64,000 nucleotides of DNA from positions 1,302,001 through 1,366,000 of the forward strand of contig JBBPEB010000013.1 in assembly GCA_039096225.1 (NCBI GenBank). Reading direction: 5' to 3'. Positions 1 to 14,548 of the stretch are shown in pieces; the first letter of the stretch is position 1; every line of letters begins with the position of its first letter. The stretch comes from Blastocystis sp. Blastoise (lineage: Eukaryota; Protista; Bigyra: Opalinata). A program made the position numbers and the translations under genes. The notes beneath the pieces were generated by a model. The model was given only the letters and a program-made list of their open reading frames with translations. It was not told the origin of the DNA and ran no database searches.

Positions 1-840
1 AAACTCATATAAATACTTCATTATTAAAAGAACAAATCAAAACTATTCTTACATTTGAAAATTCTGAAATGATGACTCAACTGAATCACTTTGAAAGTAT
101 ATAATGAATTATTAATCCCTCTATTATTATTAGATATATTATACTTATTTAATAATAATATATAACTATTTATTTTTATATATCTTTGATAGTATTTTTT
201 TTTTTGCATTATATATTTACTTAATATATCAATATATTTTTCTTAATTGTTTATATATTTATATTATTATTAATTTTTTTTCACTCTATTATATTATTTT
301 TATTGTTATTGATATACATTTTATTATACAATAACTATGTTACTTTAATGGTTATAATTAATAATTATATTATAATTGAATCTGTTTTTAAATATCATTG
401 TGAACTGTTTATAACAATTTCTTTATATATATAATTATTGACTATATGTGGCTATATTTATTATTATGCTTTTTCTCATGTATTTATTTTTTATTTCATA
501 TTTTTTGTAAATTCTTATTCTTATTCCTCTTCTTGTTATTATTATTATTTACATGAATATACATAATACTATTATATATTTTTTGCTACTATTATTATTC
601 TTAAATACCTATATCTCATTCATGAAATATATGATATTTATATAATTGATACATATAATGATTATCAAGTACCGAAATCATTCTTTCTTGTTATTTTTCT
701 ATTACTATTACTATTAATATTAATATTAAATTATTCAAAATATTTGTTTTGTTAGTTATTATTCATTAACAAGAATTACTGTAATGATGGAATTTAACAA
801 TAGATTTCGTTTATGTAAGGACAAATATTGTATTCGTTAT

Positions 841-918
841 CAGTGTCTTCCCTGTCACTGGACGGAATTGCCATGTGGCAATTGTCACAATATTTTCTGA
901 CAAAAAAGTGACAATTGC
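841..918. repeat. Cluster of overlapping inverted repeats, possibly a transposon-end relic
   Basis: CAGTG..CACTG (841-860), AATTGCCA-tg-TGGCAATT (866-883), and a perfect 11-bp inverted repeat GCAATTGTCAC (878-888)/GTGACAATTGC (908-918), all in a local GC-richer island. Confidence 0.55.
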
Positions 919-3227
919 TTATAACTTTTTTGTTTTTCATTTTGAAAATAGTAAAAAACGATTAAAAGAATCTTTCATGAAAAAAATTAGAAAATGACGA
1001 AGTTTAGCATTTTTTTTTCATGATTTGATTACTCAGTCCTTTTCAGATCAATTTCATCTAAGAATACAAAAAAATATTCAACTATGAAATACACACTCTA
1101 TGAAATTTATTGTGGATTATAATATCGATACTAGTTTATCTCCTATTCCTCGTCACATTTCAGACACAGTTATACAATATTATAGTGAGCATAATGGTGA
1201 TTCTCTCTTTCATGTTATCAAAATTAAGTGTTATAACTCCTTCATATATTTCCTATTATTCTGATAAGTCTATAGAAATAAAATAATTTCATATCCAGCT
1301 CAAATATTTCTTTTTGGTGTAATTCTCTTGAGATATCTTCATTAATCTATTTCTATATTCTCGGTGGTTGTTTCTTAATATAAATAGAATTCAATATTCA
1401 AAAATATTCATTATAAAAAGAAAAATATATAGAATGTGATAGAGAATCACCTTAAAAATATCTAGTTTCTCTTCTAACTATTAAAAAAGTTAAATAACTT
1501 GATAAATTAAGCTATTATTCAATTATTACCAAAATATATGTTGTATTAGGCATTAAGAACGAATAAATAAAAATATTTCTTTTAATAATATAGTTTAAAT
1601 ACATTTAGCATTGCCTATTAATTAAATAGTATCAAAATATCTATAATAAATTTTTGTGATTAATAAAAGTATTGATATTATTGTTGTTATTGCACTAGCA
1701 TTTATGTATGTATCAAATAAAAGTCACTGTCTTATTATAATTAAATTTTAATAATTTTTAACATTTATACTATAAATAGGTTAATTTATACGTATATTTT
1801 ATTTATATTAAAATATTTATATATTTATATCTTATTTATAGATTCATTATATAACGATATACAGTATAATTATATCAATAAATCATATTTATGTTAATAA
1901 TGTCTTTTTCGATATCTTTTTTCATTTATACAACATTTTTTCTAAACCTGATAATTTAAAAAGTTACATTAAAACAATGTCAACTTGGGTTTTAATATTA
2001 TTATATGTATTCAAAGACCACAATACTATAAAATATAATAATTTGTTATTTCTAGATTATTATGATTAAAAATATATGTTTATCGAAAACAAATAATTTT
2101 ATTTATTATGCTATGTTTTCAATTACACTCAAGTACATAAACATGATATATACAGGATAGTTTTACTAACTATATGTATAAATAATATATCAGATATTAT
2201 TGCCACATAATTTATTTTAACATTTTTATTCAAGTAATTATAGATAGAAAGAAATTATTAATTTGGTTTTTATCTATTACTTGTCCATATATTTACGCTA
2301 ATAATTATTTTTATTATCTATATAAAGACAGGTAATAATGTGAATATTGCATGAAAAATTGTAATAAGAAATAATTCACTATTTCAAACTGTATTTTTAA
2401 ATATGTAAACTAATAAGAAAAATGATATATATATCGGAAAAAGTATTTGTTGATATATTTTCATTTTTCCTTTCATTAATATCTTGACAACATAAACAAT
2501 AATTCTAATATATATATGTAACACATATTTTATTATCATCTCCTTATGGATCTATAAAACTGTGTCAAAATAGTTGAATGCTATCAATTGCAAGTGAAGT
2601 ATTACATAGATAATACTTTTATAAGTGATCTAATAAAACTATTTTGTTTTCTTATTAATGGTATTTTATAATAAATTCTTTTTAATTATTATGTATATTT
2701 ATTTATGTATCTATTAAATATTTTATATCCTATTATTACAAAAATTACTTGTTTATTTATTTGTTTTGAAAAAGTGGAATAAAAAGATTATAGGTAAACA
2801 TTTTAGTGTTATATTGTAATAATATTATTTCATAATATTTCAAGTGTAATGTATCTTATTTATTAACAAAATTATAAACTTTTAAAAACATTATAGGGTA
2901 TATATAAATGATTTACTAAAATAAAAATATTATTAAAAAATAAATTAATTAGATAAATTAAAATTATTTATAAGTAAAATTTCAAGAAGAATATATATAA
3001 TAAAATATTTAACAGAAATATAAAAAATAGATAAAATTAATATTTATAATAAAATTTATAATAAATATGTAAATAATAGCGTTTTCTCTCGCTTATAGAA
3101 TAATTACAATAACAATAAATGATAACTATTTTGAGTAATTCTTAATCTGATTAAACATTAAGAAATTAAATCATTCTAATTCGGAATATCATAAAACAGA
3201 AATAATGGTATTATAGAAATATTATAT

Positions 3228-4255
3228 TTAGACACCAGTATATACTTCAAAATCAATTAAACCAAATATATTTTCTTCATCAGGTTTATCAGTATCAATA
3301 AAGAAACCATTTCCTAATTTAGGATAAGGAGATATATATACTGGATTATTTTCTTCACATAAAAAATCTATTTTACCATTTATAAATCGATCTTTTTCAA
3401 TTTGAGAATGTAAATATATACCACAACAAAATGTGAGTTCAAATAATGAATCATTACTAATTAATGCACTATTTGTATATTTACAATTAATATTTAATTT
3501 AGTATAATTATATCCATATGGATTGGTTAATGAAAATAAAAAGGCTTTTGAATCTGATCTAAATCCTGTACCCTCTATATATTATATATAAATATGTATT
3601 AATTTAGTCAATATATACTTCTAAGTGGATCTGTTTTATTTATATGATTCTTTCCCCAACCAACACTAGTATATCCTCCAAAAACATACGATTGACCATC
3701 TTTTCATTTTCCTTGTATAATTACTAAGGATTCTTTATCATCACATTTGTCATGCCATTTCTTTACACTTCTATTTTCATCAGAACATCTATATATAATA
3801 ATAAAGCAATAATATTATAATATACCTATATAATAATTCCCATTCTTTATTCTTATCAAACCATTTACTTAATTGTATACTCATTTCTTCATTAATAAGA
3901 ATTGAATTTGGTAAATATAAATCATGATTTGGTATTAATTCATATACTTCATAATCATTAACAATAAAAAAATTTTTTCTTCTGGTCCAGCAGTGTTCAC
4001 AAATAATGATCGGAATTGAGGAGTAAGACTATGAGAATATACACTAGTTTTACCATTAACATAACTATTATTATTATTATGACAATCATCAGAAATACAT
4101 ATATCTAGAAAACAAGGGCCAATATTCTTATCACAATATAATGCATTAGGTGGTTTTATAACATCATATTTAGTAGGAGGAATATCATGTTCATTACTTA
4201 ATGCAAATAAGAAAGATCCACTATCATATTTATGATCTATATAGTATTATACTAT

Positions 4256-4302
<47 letters not shown>

Positions 4303-4452
4303 TTTCACTTCTAGATTCCCAATATTGAGTAGTATATCCTCCAAATATATTAATCTTATTATCATGACCTATGTGTTTAATAATAGTTACAGTAGGACAT
4401 TTATTATCACAATATTTATGGAATTCACTTGCTTTATAGTCATGTTCACTTG

Positions 4453-4494
<42 letters not shown>

Positions 4495-4513
4495 CATACC
4501 TAAATAATAATAA
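3228..4513 (-). pseudogene. 5'-truncated tandem-TLDc-domain pseudogene, paralog of 22553-24214
   Basis: Spliced minus-strand exons give LLFRASEHDYKASEFHKYCDNK..IFGGYT..FLFALSNEHDIPPTKY..DYEVY and a second TLDc repeat (..YVFGGYTSVGW..AFLFSLTNP..DFEVYTGV*). There are two 1-nt frameshifts (~3970, ~3845) and an in-frame TGA (~3704). The 5' end stops at a repeat element at 4514. Confidence 0.8.
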
Positions 4514-4655
4514 GAGGCATTGTTAGAAATACCCAAAAAAACCATAATTATTTTAACCTGCCCAAAAAAAAATCGAATTGTTAGAAATACCCAAAATCTT
4601 TCAAAATTTTTGTTAAAATACCCAAAATTTTTACAAAATTGGTAGAAATACCCAA
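4514..4655 (+). mobile_element. Solo DNA-transposon terminus (MULE/Mutator-like) with four subterminal repeats
   Basis: Starts GAGGCATTGTTAGAAATACCC and carries four copies of TG(T/G)TA(G)AAATACCCAA (~4521, 4579, 4611, 4640). It abuts the truncation point of the TLDc pseudogene. No partner end was found in the window. Confidence 0.45.
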
Positions 4656-5956
4656 CTGTTTATTTTAGAATCTAAACGATTGGTGGCTTGAAAACACAAA
4701 TTCTTCATAGCCAATTAAAATTCTTTTTATTTCTTTTGTCATTATTAGAAAAAAATATACTCAAGAATATATTTTTATTTTCTTTATAAAGCTTACATAA
4801 AATTTTTGTAGTAATTAAAACATAAGAAATATTTTAATAGATTATTATAATAATTTAGAAAAGTAGTTATTTAATTTAAGAGAAGCATTTTTATTTACAA
4901 ATTAAATATAATTATCTCAAATTTTTGGATTAAGGATAGTATAAATACTGCAGACACTTATATCGACTGATTAGTGTCATTTATAGTGTAATAATATATT
5001 GTATTGCTCTCGAATAAAGCTTTTAAAAACTACAACGTAAGTTCTCATGATTTTTCATTAATTAATCACTATAAAAATGAAATTTGTTGTCCAGAATCAC
5101 AAAAATATACTTTATTTTAATTTTGACATATTTAGACAATTAAAGCTTTAATTACTGCATATTTAACAACAAAGATATCTGTAAATCAATATTAGATTCA
5201 TGTAGACTATTTTTATGTTATAATTTGGTAACTGATTCAGTTCAGCCACAACCAGAAGTTGAAATATGTTTTGGTTTGATTAAGGTGAACTATCATAAGT
5301 TTAAAGATAGTGAATAAATAACAAAATTTGAGACTGTAAAAACATATGGAGTCAAAATTATGTATGTAAAAAGTTTCAACTAGAAAATGTAGTTTTACTA
5401 TATATGTAAAAGCTAGGGTATCGAATAAAAAAACAAAAAACCCCAAAAAAGAAGACTTGCTTACAGATGTTACATTTCAAATTACCCGTTTATGTTCCAT
5501 TTCCAAGGTGATGATGTTTCTGGATGGGTAGTCAAAAGATATTGTTGTCACGACTCTTCTGAGCAAACTTAAATAAATAAATTATATTCTTATATTAACA
5601 TATTTATAGAAATGCAATCGTTTGTATATATTATATATCAAATGAAACAAAAAGCAAAAAATAGATTATAAGTTGTTAAAAAAAGTGTTAAAAATAAATT
5701 AAATGATTTAAAAGATAATACTAAACAATATATAGTGCTAAAAGAAAGAATAAAAGAAAACAAATTAGACATATCATATGAACTATTAATATTTTTAATC
5801 AAGAATATATATATATATTACATGATTCTACATAAATATATTAATATATTAGATTTTCTATTTTATACACAATATTTAATATATATAAATTTATATATAT
5901 ATGTATACATGTATACTATTCAATACATATGTATATCTATTCTATATACATATACA

Positions 5957-6025
<69 letters not shown>

Positions 6026-6279
6026 CATTCTATACATATGCTTATTTATATCTATATATAGAATTCTAATATATCCGATTAAGTATATATATATGTTCAA
6101 TATATATATAATATATGTTTTTCTATATATGTTATTCTTCATACTAATAAAAGTAACATATATACACAATTCTATTTATTGTTTTATATATCAATATATA
6201 TATAATTCAATATATCAAATATTGTGTATAGCGTTTTAAAAAATGAGAATTCAACTTCAATTGAATGAAAAAAACGATT

Positions 6280-9200
6280 CTTAGAATAATAGGAATAGGA
6301 AAATTATAATAAGAAGTGGTAGTAATATACGTAGATGAAGAATGATAATAGAAGTTGATAAAAAAGTAGCATCACAAGTAAAATGAGAAAGAGAAAAAGT
6401 AGAAGTAGAAGGACAAGGAGATATAGAAGGACAAGGACAAGGACAAGGACAAGGACAAGAATAAGACGAGTGAGAAGGAGAAGGAGAAGGACAAGGAGAA
6501 GAAGAAGAAGAGGAAGAAGAAGAAGAATAAGACGAGGGACAAGGACAAGGACAAGGACAAGAAGAAGAAGAATGACAAGGATAAGGACAAGAAGAAGGAC
6601 AAGAAGAAGGACAAGGACAAGGACAAGGACAAGGACAATGAAAATGGCAAGAATAAGAATAAAAAGGATAAGGATAAGGACAAGGACAAGGACAAAAAGA
6701 AGAAAGACAGGAGAAGAAGAAGGAGAAGAAGAAGAACAAGGAGAAGGAGAAATATAAGGATAAGAACATGAAAGAGAAAGATAAGCACGAGAAGAAGAAG
6801 AAAAAGAAGAAAGAGAAGAAAATAAGAATAAACCAAGAATAAGCATAATAAGAAAAACATCAGTAGAAGGTAGGAATAAGTAGAATGAGAATGATTAGAA
6901 GTAGAAGTATAAGGATAATATAAGAAAAAACAGACGGAGAAGGGAAAATATGTGGATGTAGAAGAAGAAAATGAGAATAAAAGTGGAAGAAGAAGAGAAT
7001 AAAAAGATAATAGGAAGGAGAAGGATAATAAGAGAATAAGAATGGCAAAGTGAAGGAGGGAAAAAAGAAAGAGAAGAAGAAAAATTATAAGAAGAAGACA
7101 AGAAGGAAAAAGAGAATAGAAGGAGAGGAACAAAATATGAATAAGAAGGAGAATAGGAAGGAGAAGGATAAGAAGGGGAAGAGGAAAAGAATGATAAAGA
7201 GAAGGAGGAGAAGGAAGAAAGAACAAGAAAAAGACGAATGGAAAAAGGAAAGAGAAGAGAAGAATAACAAAGAGAAAGAGAAGTAGAAGTAGAAGTAGAA
7301 GAGGGAGAAGAAGGAGAAGTAGAAGAGGGAGGAGAAGGAGAAGGAGAAGGAGAAGGAAAAAGAAAAAGAAAAGGAAAAGGAGAAGGAGAATAAGAAGGAG
7401 AAGGAGAAGGAGAATGACAAGAATAAGAAGGAGAAGGAGAATGAAAAGGAGAAGGAGAAGGAAAAGGAGAAGGAAAAGGAGAAGGAGAATGACAAGAATA
7501 ATAAGGAAACGGAGAATGAGAAAGAAAAAAAGAAAGAGAAAGAGAAAGAGAAGGAGAAGGAGAAGGAGAAGGAAAAAGAAAAAGAAAAGGAAAAGGAGGA
7601 TAAGTAGAAGGAGAATGACAAAGACAAGGAGAATGAAAAGGAGAAGGAGAAGAAGGAGAAGGATAATAAGAAGAAGAAGAAGGAGAAGGAGAAGGAGAAT
7701 GACAAAGACAAGGAGAATGAAAAGGAGAAGAAGAAGAAGGAGAAGGATAATAATAATAAGAAGAAGGAGAAGGAGAAGGAGAACAAAAGGAAGAAGTAGA
7801 AGTAGAAGTAGAAGTAGAAGTATAAGGACAAGAATAAGAATGACAAGGACAAGGACAAAGACAAGAAGAAGAAGAATGACAAGGAGAAGGACAAGAATAA
7901 GAATAAAAATAAGAAGGATAAGAAGAGAAGGATTAGGACAAGAATAAGAATGATAAGGACAAGGACAAGAAGAAGAATGACAAGGACAAGGACAAAAAGA
8001 AAGACAAGGATAAGAAGAAGACGAAGGACAAGATGAAGGGCAAGAAGAAGAGCAAGAGGAAGAAGAAGAAAGAGAAGTAGAAGGACAATGACAATGACAA
8101 TGACAATGGCAAGGACAAGGACAAGAAGAAGAAGTAAAATAAGAAGAATAAGAAGAATAATAATAAGAAGAAGAAGAAGAAGAAGTAGAAGGAGAAGGAG
8201 CAGGACAAGATAATGGACAAGAAAAAGAAGAAGAAAAAGAAGAAAAAGAAAAAGAAGAAAGAGAAGAAAATAAAAATAAACCAAGAATAAACATAATAAG
8301 AAAAACATCAGTAGAAGATAAGAATAAGTAGAATGAGAATGATTAGAAGTAGAAGTAGAAGTATAAGGATAATATAAGAAAAAGAAGACGGAGAAGGGAT
8401 AATATGTGGGTATAGAAGAAGAAATATGAGAATAAAAGTGGAAAAAGAAGAGACTCAAAAGAGAATAGAAGGAGAGGAGCAACATATGAATAAGAAGGAG
8501 AATAGGAAAGAGAAAGAGAAGAAAGAGAAGAAGAAGAAGAAGAAGGATAAGAAGATAAGAATGACTAAGAGAATGAGGAGAGGAAAGAGAAGAACGAGAA
8601 AAAATGAAGGAAAAAAAAAAAGAGAAGAAGAAGAAGGAAAAGTGAAATTATAAAGCGAAGAAGAAACAGAAATAGAAAGAAAATGATAAGAAGAATGAGA
8701 AGAAGAAGAAGAAGAAGACAGAGAAGAATATATGGAGCAGGAAGAGAATAAAAAGAGGGAGAAGGAGAGGAGCAAAGTATAAATAAGAAGGATAATAGGA
8801 AAGATAAGAAAGATAAGAAGGATAAGAAGGACAAGAAGGACAAGAAGGACAAGAAGGAGGAGAAGAAGAAGAAAAATTATAGGAAGAAGGATAAGAAGGA
8901 AAAAAAAAAGTAGGTTTTAAAAGAGGAAAGAGAAAGAGAAGGACAAGAAGGAAAAAAAGAGGAGAAGAAGAAAAATTATAAGAAGAAGGATAAGAAGGAC
9001 AAAGAGGATGAGGAGAAGAAAGAGAATAAAGAGAAGAAAGAGAAGAAAGAGAATAAAAAGAAGAAAGAGAATAAAGAGAAAGAAAAGAAACAGACGAAGG
9101 AGAAGGATAAGAAGAAGGATAAGAAGAAGGACAAGAAGAAGGATAAGAAGAAAGACAAGAAGAAGAAGAAGAAGAAGAAGAAGAAGAAGAAGGACAAGAA

Positions 9201-10315
9201 GAAGAGGAAGGAATGCCAAGAAGAAGAAGAGCAAGAACAAGAAGAAGAAGAAGAAGAAGAAGGATAAGAAAGAGAAGAAGGACAAGAGGAAGGATAAAGA
9301 AAAGTAAAAGTATAAATAGAAGGAGAATATAGAAAAGGAGATAGAGATGAAGACAAAAAAGTAGACGTAGAAGGAGAAAAATAAATAAATAAAAATATAG
9401 TAGTAGAAACAGAAGTATAAATAGAAGTATTAGGAATAAGAAAATGAGAATCATTAGAAGAAGAAAAATGAGAAGAAGAATGAGAAGAAGAATAAAAATA
9501 AGAATAAGAATAAGAAAAAGTGAAAAAGAAGAAGAAGAATGAGAAATTGAATATAGAAAAAAGAAGAAGAAGAAGAAAGAGAAAGAGAAAGATAATAGCA
9601 AGGAGAAGTATAAGTACAAGAAGACTGAGAAGAATAAAAAGTAGTAGAAGCAAAAGCACGAGTACGAGTAGGAGTAAAAGCAGAACTACAAGTAGATATA
9701 TAAGCAGAAATATAAGTAGAATAATAAGAAGTATTATCAGTAGTAGTGTAGCTGTAGAAATAGAAGAAAAAATAAAAGAGTAGTAGTAGTAGAAGAAATA
9801 TAAGTAGAAGTACAAGTAGGAATAGAAGAATGAAAAAAGGAAAGAAGGAAAGAAGGAAGAAGCTAAAGGAGAAGAATTGAAAGGAGAATAAGGAAAAAAA
9901 AAAGGAACAAAATGGAATGGAAATGATAACGAGGGAAAAAAAAAGAAAAGAAGAAGAAGAAAAAAAAAATAAGAAGATGTAGAAGGATAATAAAAGAAGA
10001 AACAACAATAATAATGAGAACAAGAAGTAAATCTATAATGAGAGGAGAAGTGGAAAGGAAGTATAGTAGAGAAGAAGAATAATGAAAAGTAAAATAAGAT
10101 GTAAAGGTGAAAGAAGCATAAGAAGAAGTAAAGTAGAAGAAAAAGAAGAATCATGAAAGGATAAGAAGAATGAAGAATAATGAAAAGGATAAGGATAAGA
10201 AGTATAATGAGAAGGACGAAGAAGTAATAGTAGAATTTGTGAAGAGGTAATAGTAAAGAAAAGAAAAGTTTATATCTATACATAAAAGAAGAAAAACTAG
10301 AGTAAGATGTACAGT
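6280..10315 (+). repeat. ~4-kb polypurine (GAA/GGACAA/GAAGGA/GAAGTA) low-complexity tract with a ~1.45-kb internal tandem duplication
   Basis: The + strand is almost all A/G with stops in every frame. The unique-looking block AACCAAGAATAA(G/A)CATAATAAGAAAAACATCAGTAGAAG...GACGGAGAAGGGA occurs at ~6831 and ~8279 (offset ~1448). Confidence 0.9.
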
Positions 10316-10447
10316 AGAATTAAGAATGAAGAATTAACAATAAAGAATGAAGAATTAAGATTAAGAATTAAGAATTAAGAATGAAGAATTAAGACTAAGA
10401 ATTAAGAATGAAGAATGAAGAATGAAGAATGAAGAATGAAGAATTAA
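10316..10447 (+). repeat. Degenerate heptamer array (AAGAAT[T/G])n
   Basis: Roughly 18 imperfect copies of AAGAATT/AAGAATG mark the right edge of the purine tract. Confidence 0.85.
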
Positions 10448-10576
10448 TACCAATAAAACTAAAGAATATATAACATTATAAAAATGGAATAATTATTATT
10501 ATAAAGAAAAAAATAACAAATATATTATTAATAGTCAGTTAAAACAAACTAAATATATTATTAAATACATATATAC

Positions 10577-11140
10577 CTTAATGAAGACTTGAATCATTGC
10601 AATCTGTTTTTTTGGTTGTACTTGAATACGCTAAGATTCTATAGATAAATACGTAGAATAAATTAAAAAAATTAAATAGAGTATATATATATTAAAAGAT
10701 AAACAAGATAGAAAAATAGAAAGCAATTCAATTGTAAAAAAAATATATAAATGAAAATGAAATAAATATGTTATAGAAATAATATGAATGTATTGATAAT
10801 ATAGAAATAAATAAGATATAGCAAAGAATAAACAAAATGAGAAAATGTAAAATAATTATATACCTTAGATTCATTAGTATTGTTTACCAAGACCTTTAGA
10901 GTTGATTTGAAACCATATGAAGCTTGTTCTGAATATCTAAACAATACGCAACCAATTGATCAACTGATTACTATATAAAACAAAATATTTGAAGAGAGTA
11001 AACTATATAATATATATATTTATGACTAGAAAACATACGTAGATTCATTTTATATGCTTATAATGACAATATATGAAATAAATCAATATTTGAATCTCAA
11101 GAAATAATCATTCTGAGGATGGAAACAGGGATAAATCAGC
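10577..11140 (-). other. Exon-like segments of a spliced non-coding transcript or decayed gene
   Basis: Minus-strand segments 11140-11039, 10970-10864 and 10638-10577 are each bounded by TAG| and |GTAT sites typical of this genome. The joined sequence has stops in all frames. Confidence 0.4.
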
Positions 11141-11421
11141 CTAAATAGCGGAAACAACCTCTTTGATAAAAACTTTTTTGTGATTCAGTGAACAAGTTTT
11201 AAAAATAATTTCTAGAGATTCAAAGTTTGGGATAAAAAGTCTTTTTTGATATGTTCCCTATTCTTAAAGTTTTTCAGAATTACTTCAATCCGTGAAAGTC
11301 TTATTCAGCATCAGCTTAAATGAACTGCTGAAAGAAGTATATTTTTTAAATATTAGTATATGAATTATTTGTTTATTTAGAAGGTTATTTTATTATTTAT
11401 ATTTATATTATATTTTATTAG

Positions 11422-12991
11422 GTAGATTATTATAGATTAGGCTTGAAATGAATCCAGATAATAAACCAATTAGTAATTCAAACTTTGTAGGTATATGTTT
11501 AATTTATTTAACATTATTTGTATAGGTTTAGAAACATGATTTAGAGAGCATGATGACGTTGGCTGTTCAATATTGGAAGAAACTATATTTGTCATAATTT
11601 CTTGATTGGCAATTTTGGTTTTAGTATGCTCTAGTAGTATATTGTTTTATATTTTGTTTCTATATTTAATTATTATATAGTGAAGAATTTGAAAGAAAAA
11701 ATTAAATGAATTGCATTTACTGAGAAGAATGTTACCTAGGTCTTTTTATTATTTTAATGACTTCTCTCATGATCTTACAAGTATATATTTTTATTATTAT
11801 TAATATAAATCATATTATTATATAGAAATGGTGAATAATCTGTTTGGAGTTTTGCTATTTTTCAAATTTAGAGTATCATTAAGTACTTAAAGGTATATAT
11901 ATATATAATAATTATCATATCTTCTATAGGTATAACAGAAACAAAACAATGATTATGTCAAGATTATTTTACATATATTCAGTTAAAAGTATATATATTT
12001 ATTAGAACTTAAACATCATCATCAATAGTTGATTCTGATATATATATATATATATATTATTTATTTATCATTTTTATTCCTTTTATTCATTATATATATA
12101 TAATATTATTTATTATATATTATCATATATAGACGTATTAATGATCACTTGGAAAATCAACTCATTATATACATATAGTATATATATCTACATATATTCT
12201 TGTTTATATATGTATATATATATATATTTATATTAATAACATATGTATATAGATTACATTATTTATTATAATATTTAAGTATTATCTTATTAGCAATCAC
12301 ACAATGTATATATAAATATATATTCCTATTTATTAATTTATATTTTAATAATTTGTCTAGAATATTTTGTATATAATATAATATTATGTTATACATTTTC
12401 TTTTTCTTTTTATAATCTATTGTTTTTTATTCTTAAACTTATATATATATATAGAATTATTACTACCATTGAATAGTTTGCTTTCTATAATCGATATTAC
12501 TACATAATACATATTCTTTTTATGTAAATATATATGTTATATTACTTTTCTATTATTCTTTATCTCTTATTAGTATTATGTTGTTTATTATCTTTTATTT
12601 TATTTTTAAACAATGATTATATATATATTATATTTCTATTATTAGCTATATGTCATTTTTTATATAGTGAATAGTTATTGTTATATTCAAGATTATTTTT
12701 TAGTATATATATATATTATATTATATATTATATTATATATTATATTCCATTTTGAGTTATATACTTCATTCTTCTTTCATTTTTAATCTATAAAGTATGT
12801 AGTTTATACAAATAGATACGTTTTACTAATTATCATTATTTAGATTATTTATACTTTTTATTTCTTATTCATGTTATTATTATTATTATTATTATTAATA
12901 TTTATTATATATTCATTCTATATGTATAAATATATTTAATAACTATCACATTATATGTGTTTATTTATTTAGTTTTATTTAGTTTTATAAG

Positions 12992-13055
<64 letters not shown>

Positions 13056-14064
13056 TTAGAGATATATATATATAAATTATTATTATGTATTATTTATTTT
13101 TATTATATTATTACCATAATATGTCTATTTGCTTACATATGTATATATAGTTGTTTTATTTCATATTCAAACGTTGCTTTAGTGAACAAATATATATATT
13201 TATATATGATATTATAGAATTATTTTGTATTCATTATATATATATATTATGCATTAATTTATACATGTTTGTTATACTTAATATATATATATATATGTAA
13301 TTATTTTATATCTATATATATACATATATATATATATAGATATCATTGATATTAATATTCAAAGTATATATATATAAACATATATAGACTTATATATAGT
13401 ATTTTATATGTATTCATATTATAATATATTATGTATAGTTAAATAGTTATATGTAAGTCATCCTTTCATGTTTCTTATGAATTTATATAAATATATTCCT
13501 TTAATTCTGATTATGTATATATTATTATATATATCATCTTATTCTATATATATTATGTATTTTTTATTTAATATAAAAGATAATATTTTGTGTATTTAAT
13601 ATTTTATATCAATTATTCTTCTATTTAACTCTTTTATATCATTTATCTTTCTACAACTTTATTATTTATTATCTTTTTTAAATACCATTTACCATATAGT
13701 TTATTATACGTACATATAGTAATAGTCATAGCGCTTCTTTATGTATGTTTTATTCAATTATGTTAGTATATGTATTGTGGTATATATGTATATTAATTGT
13801 CGTTTATTTATATATCGTTTTGTATTTATTTTGAAATAAAGATTATATACATATAGTTATTATGTATATATATATATATATATAACATTATTGATGTGAG
13901 CAATTTATTTTTCGTAATATATATTAAGTCTACTTCTCTTATATATAAATATATCTAATAATTTACTATATGTTTTCCAACTTTATATATATATATATGT
14001 ATTTACTATTTTCTATTATTATTATATATATATTGCTAATGAAATTAAGATATTGTCCAGGTAA

Positions 14065-14103
<39 letters not shown>

Positions 14104-14512
14104 TTGTTTTTATTCTTATAAGTATTATGTTCTTATATTATATTTAGATATGTTTTTTTCTTTTTGTTATTTTTTTTTAATTATACTGTAAATATAAATA
14201 CATAACTTTCTACTCTGCTTATTACTTCTTTTATAGTATATATCTATATTTCTTTCTATAAATATGTCATTCATCTATATGCTATTATATATATTTTAGA
14301 ATCCAAGCTCCTAATAGAAACTACTATAATTAATGATGATACAACCTTTTTGGTATATACATATTTATACTATTATTAGTTTTTTATAACTTATTATGTA
14401 ATATTTTATTAATATTTTAACCAAATTTATTTATATATTATTATTCATTTTCTTTATTCTCTAACTATTTATAGAACATATCCTTAGCTTGTCTCCTATG
14501 TATATATGGCTT

Positions 14513-14548
<36 letters not shown>

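Noticed and set aside
1100-1264. 54-codon ORF in a slightly GC-richer patch
   Set aside because: There is no recognisable motif and no phase-consistent downstream exons.
5235-5300. Third tRNA mimic on the minus strand (TTCAACT loop-like)
   Set aside because: The flanking stems do not pair and the spacing does not match elements A and B.
5508-5562. Possible C/D-box snoRNA (GTGATGA...CTGA)
   Set aside because: It is short, has no terminal stem, and I could recall only 7-9-nt rRNA complementarities. It needs snoscan with this organism's rRNA.
6281-10283. Long L/F/S-rich and R/K-rich ORFs (up to 640 aa), and likewise 16843-18412
   Set aside because: These are artefacts of purine/pyrimidine skew. 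They overlap in several frames, with no consistent frame or domain.
10935-10965. Kinase subdomain IX-like S*SIGCVLF on the minus strand
   Set aside because: There is a stop at the Trp position and no other kinase motif in neighbouring exons; probably chance.
11422-11988. Stop-codon reassignment (TAR=Gln, TGA=Trp) making the ORF-less exons coding
   Set aside because: Stop density is near random expectation, and real genes in the window end with TAA, TAG and TGA and have no internal stops.
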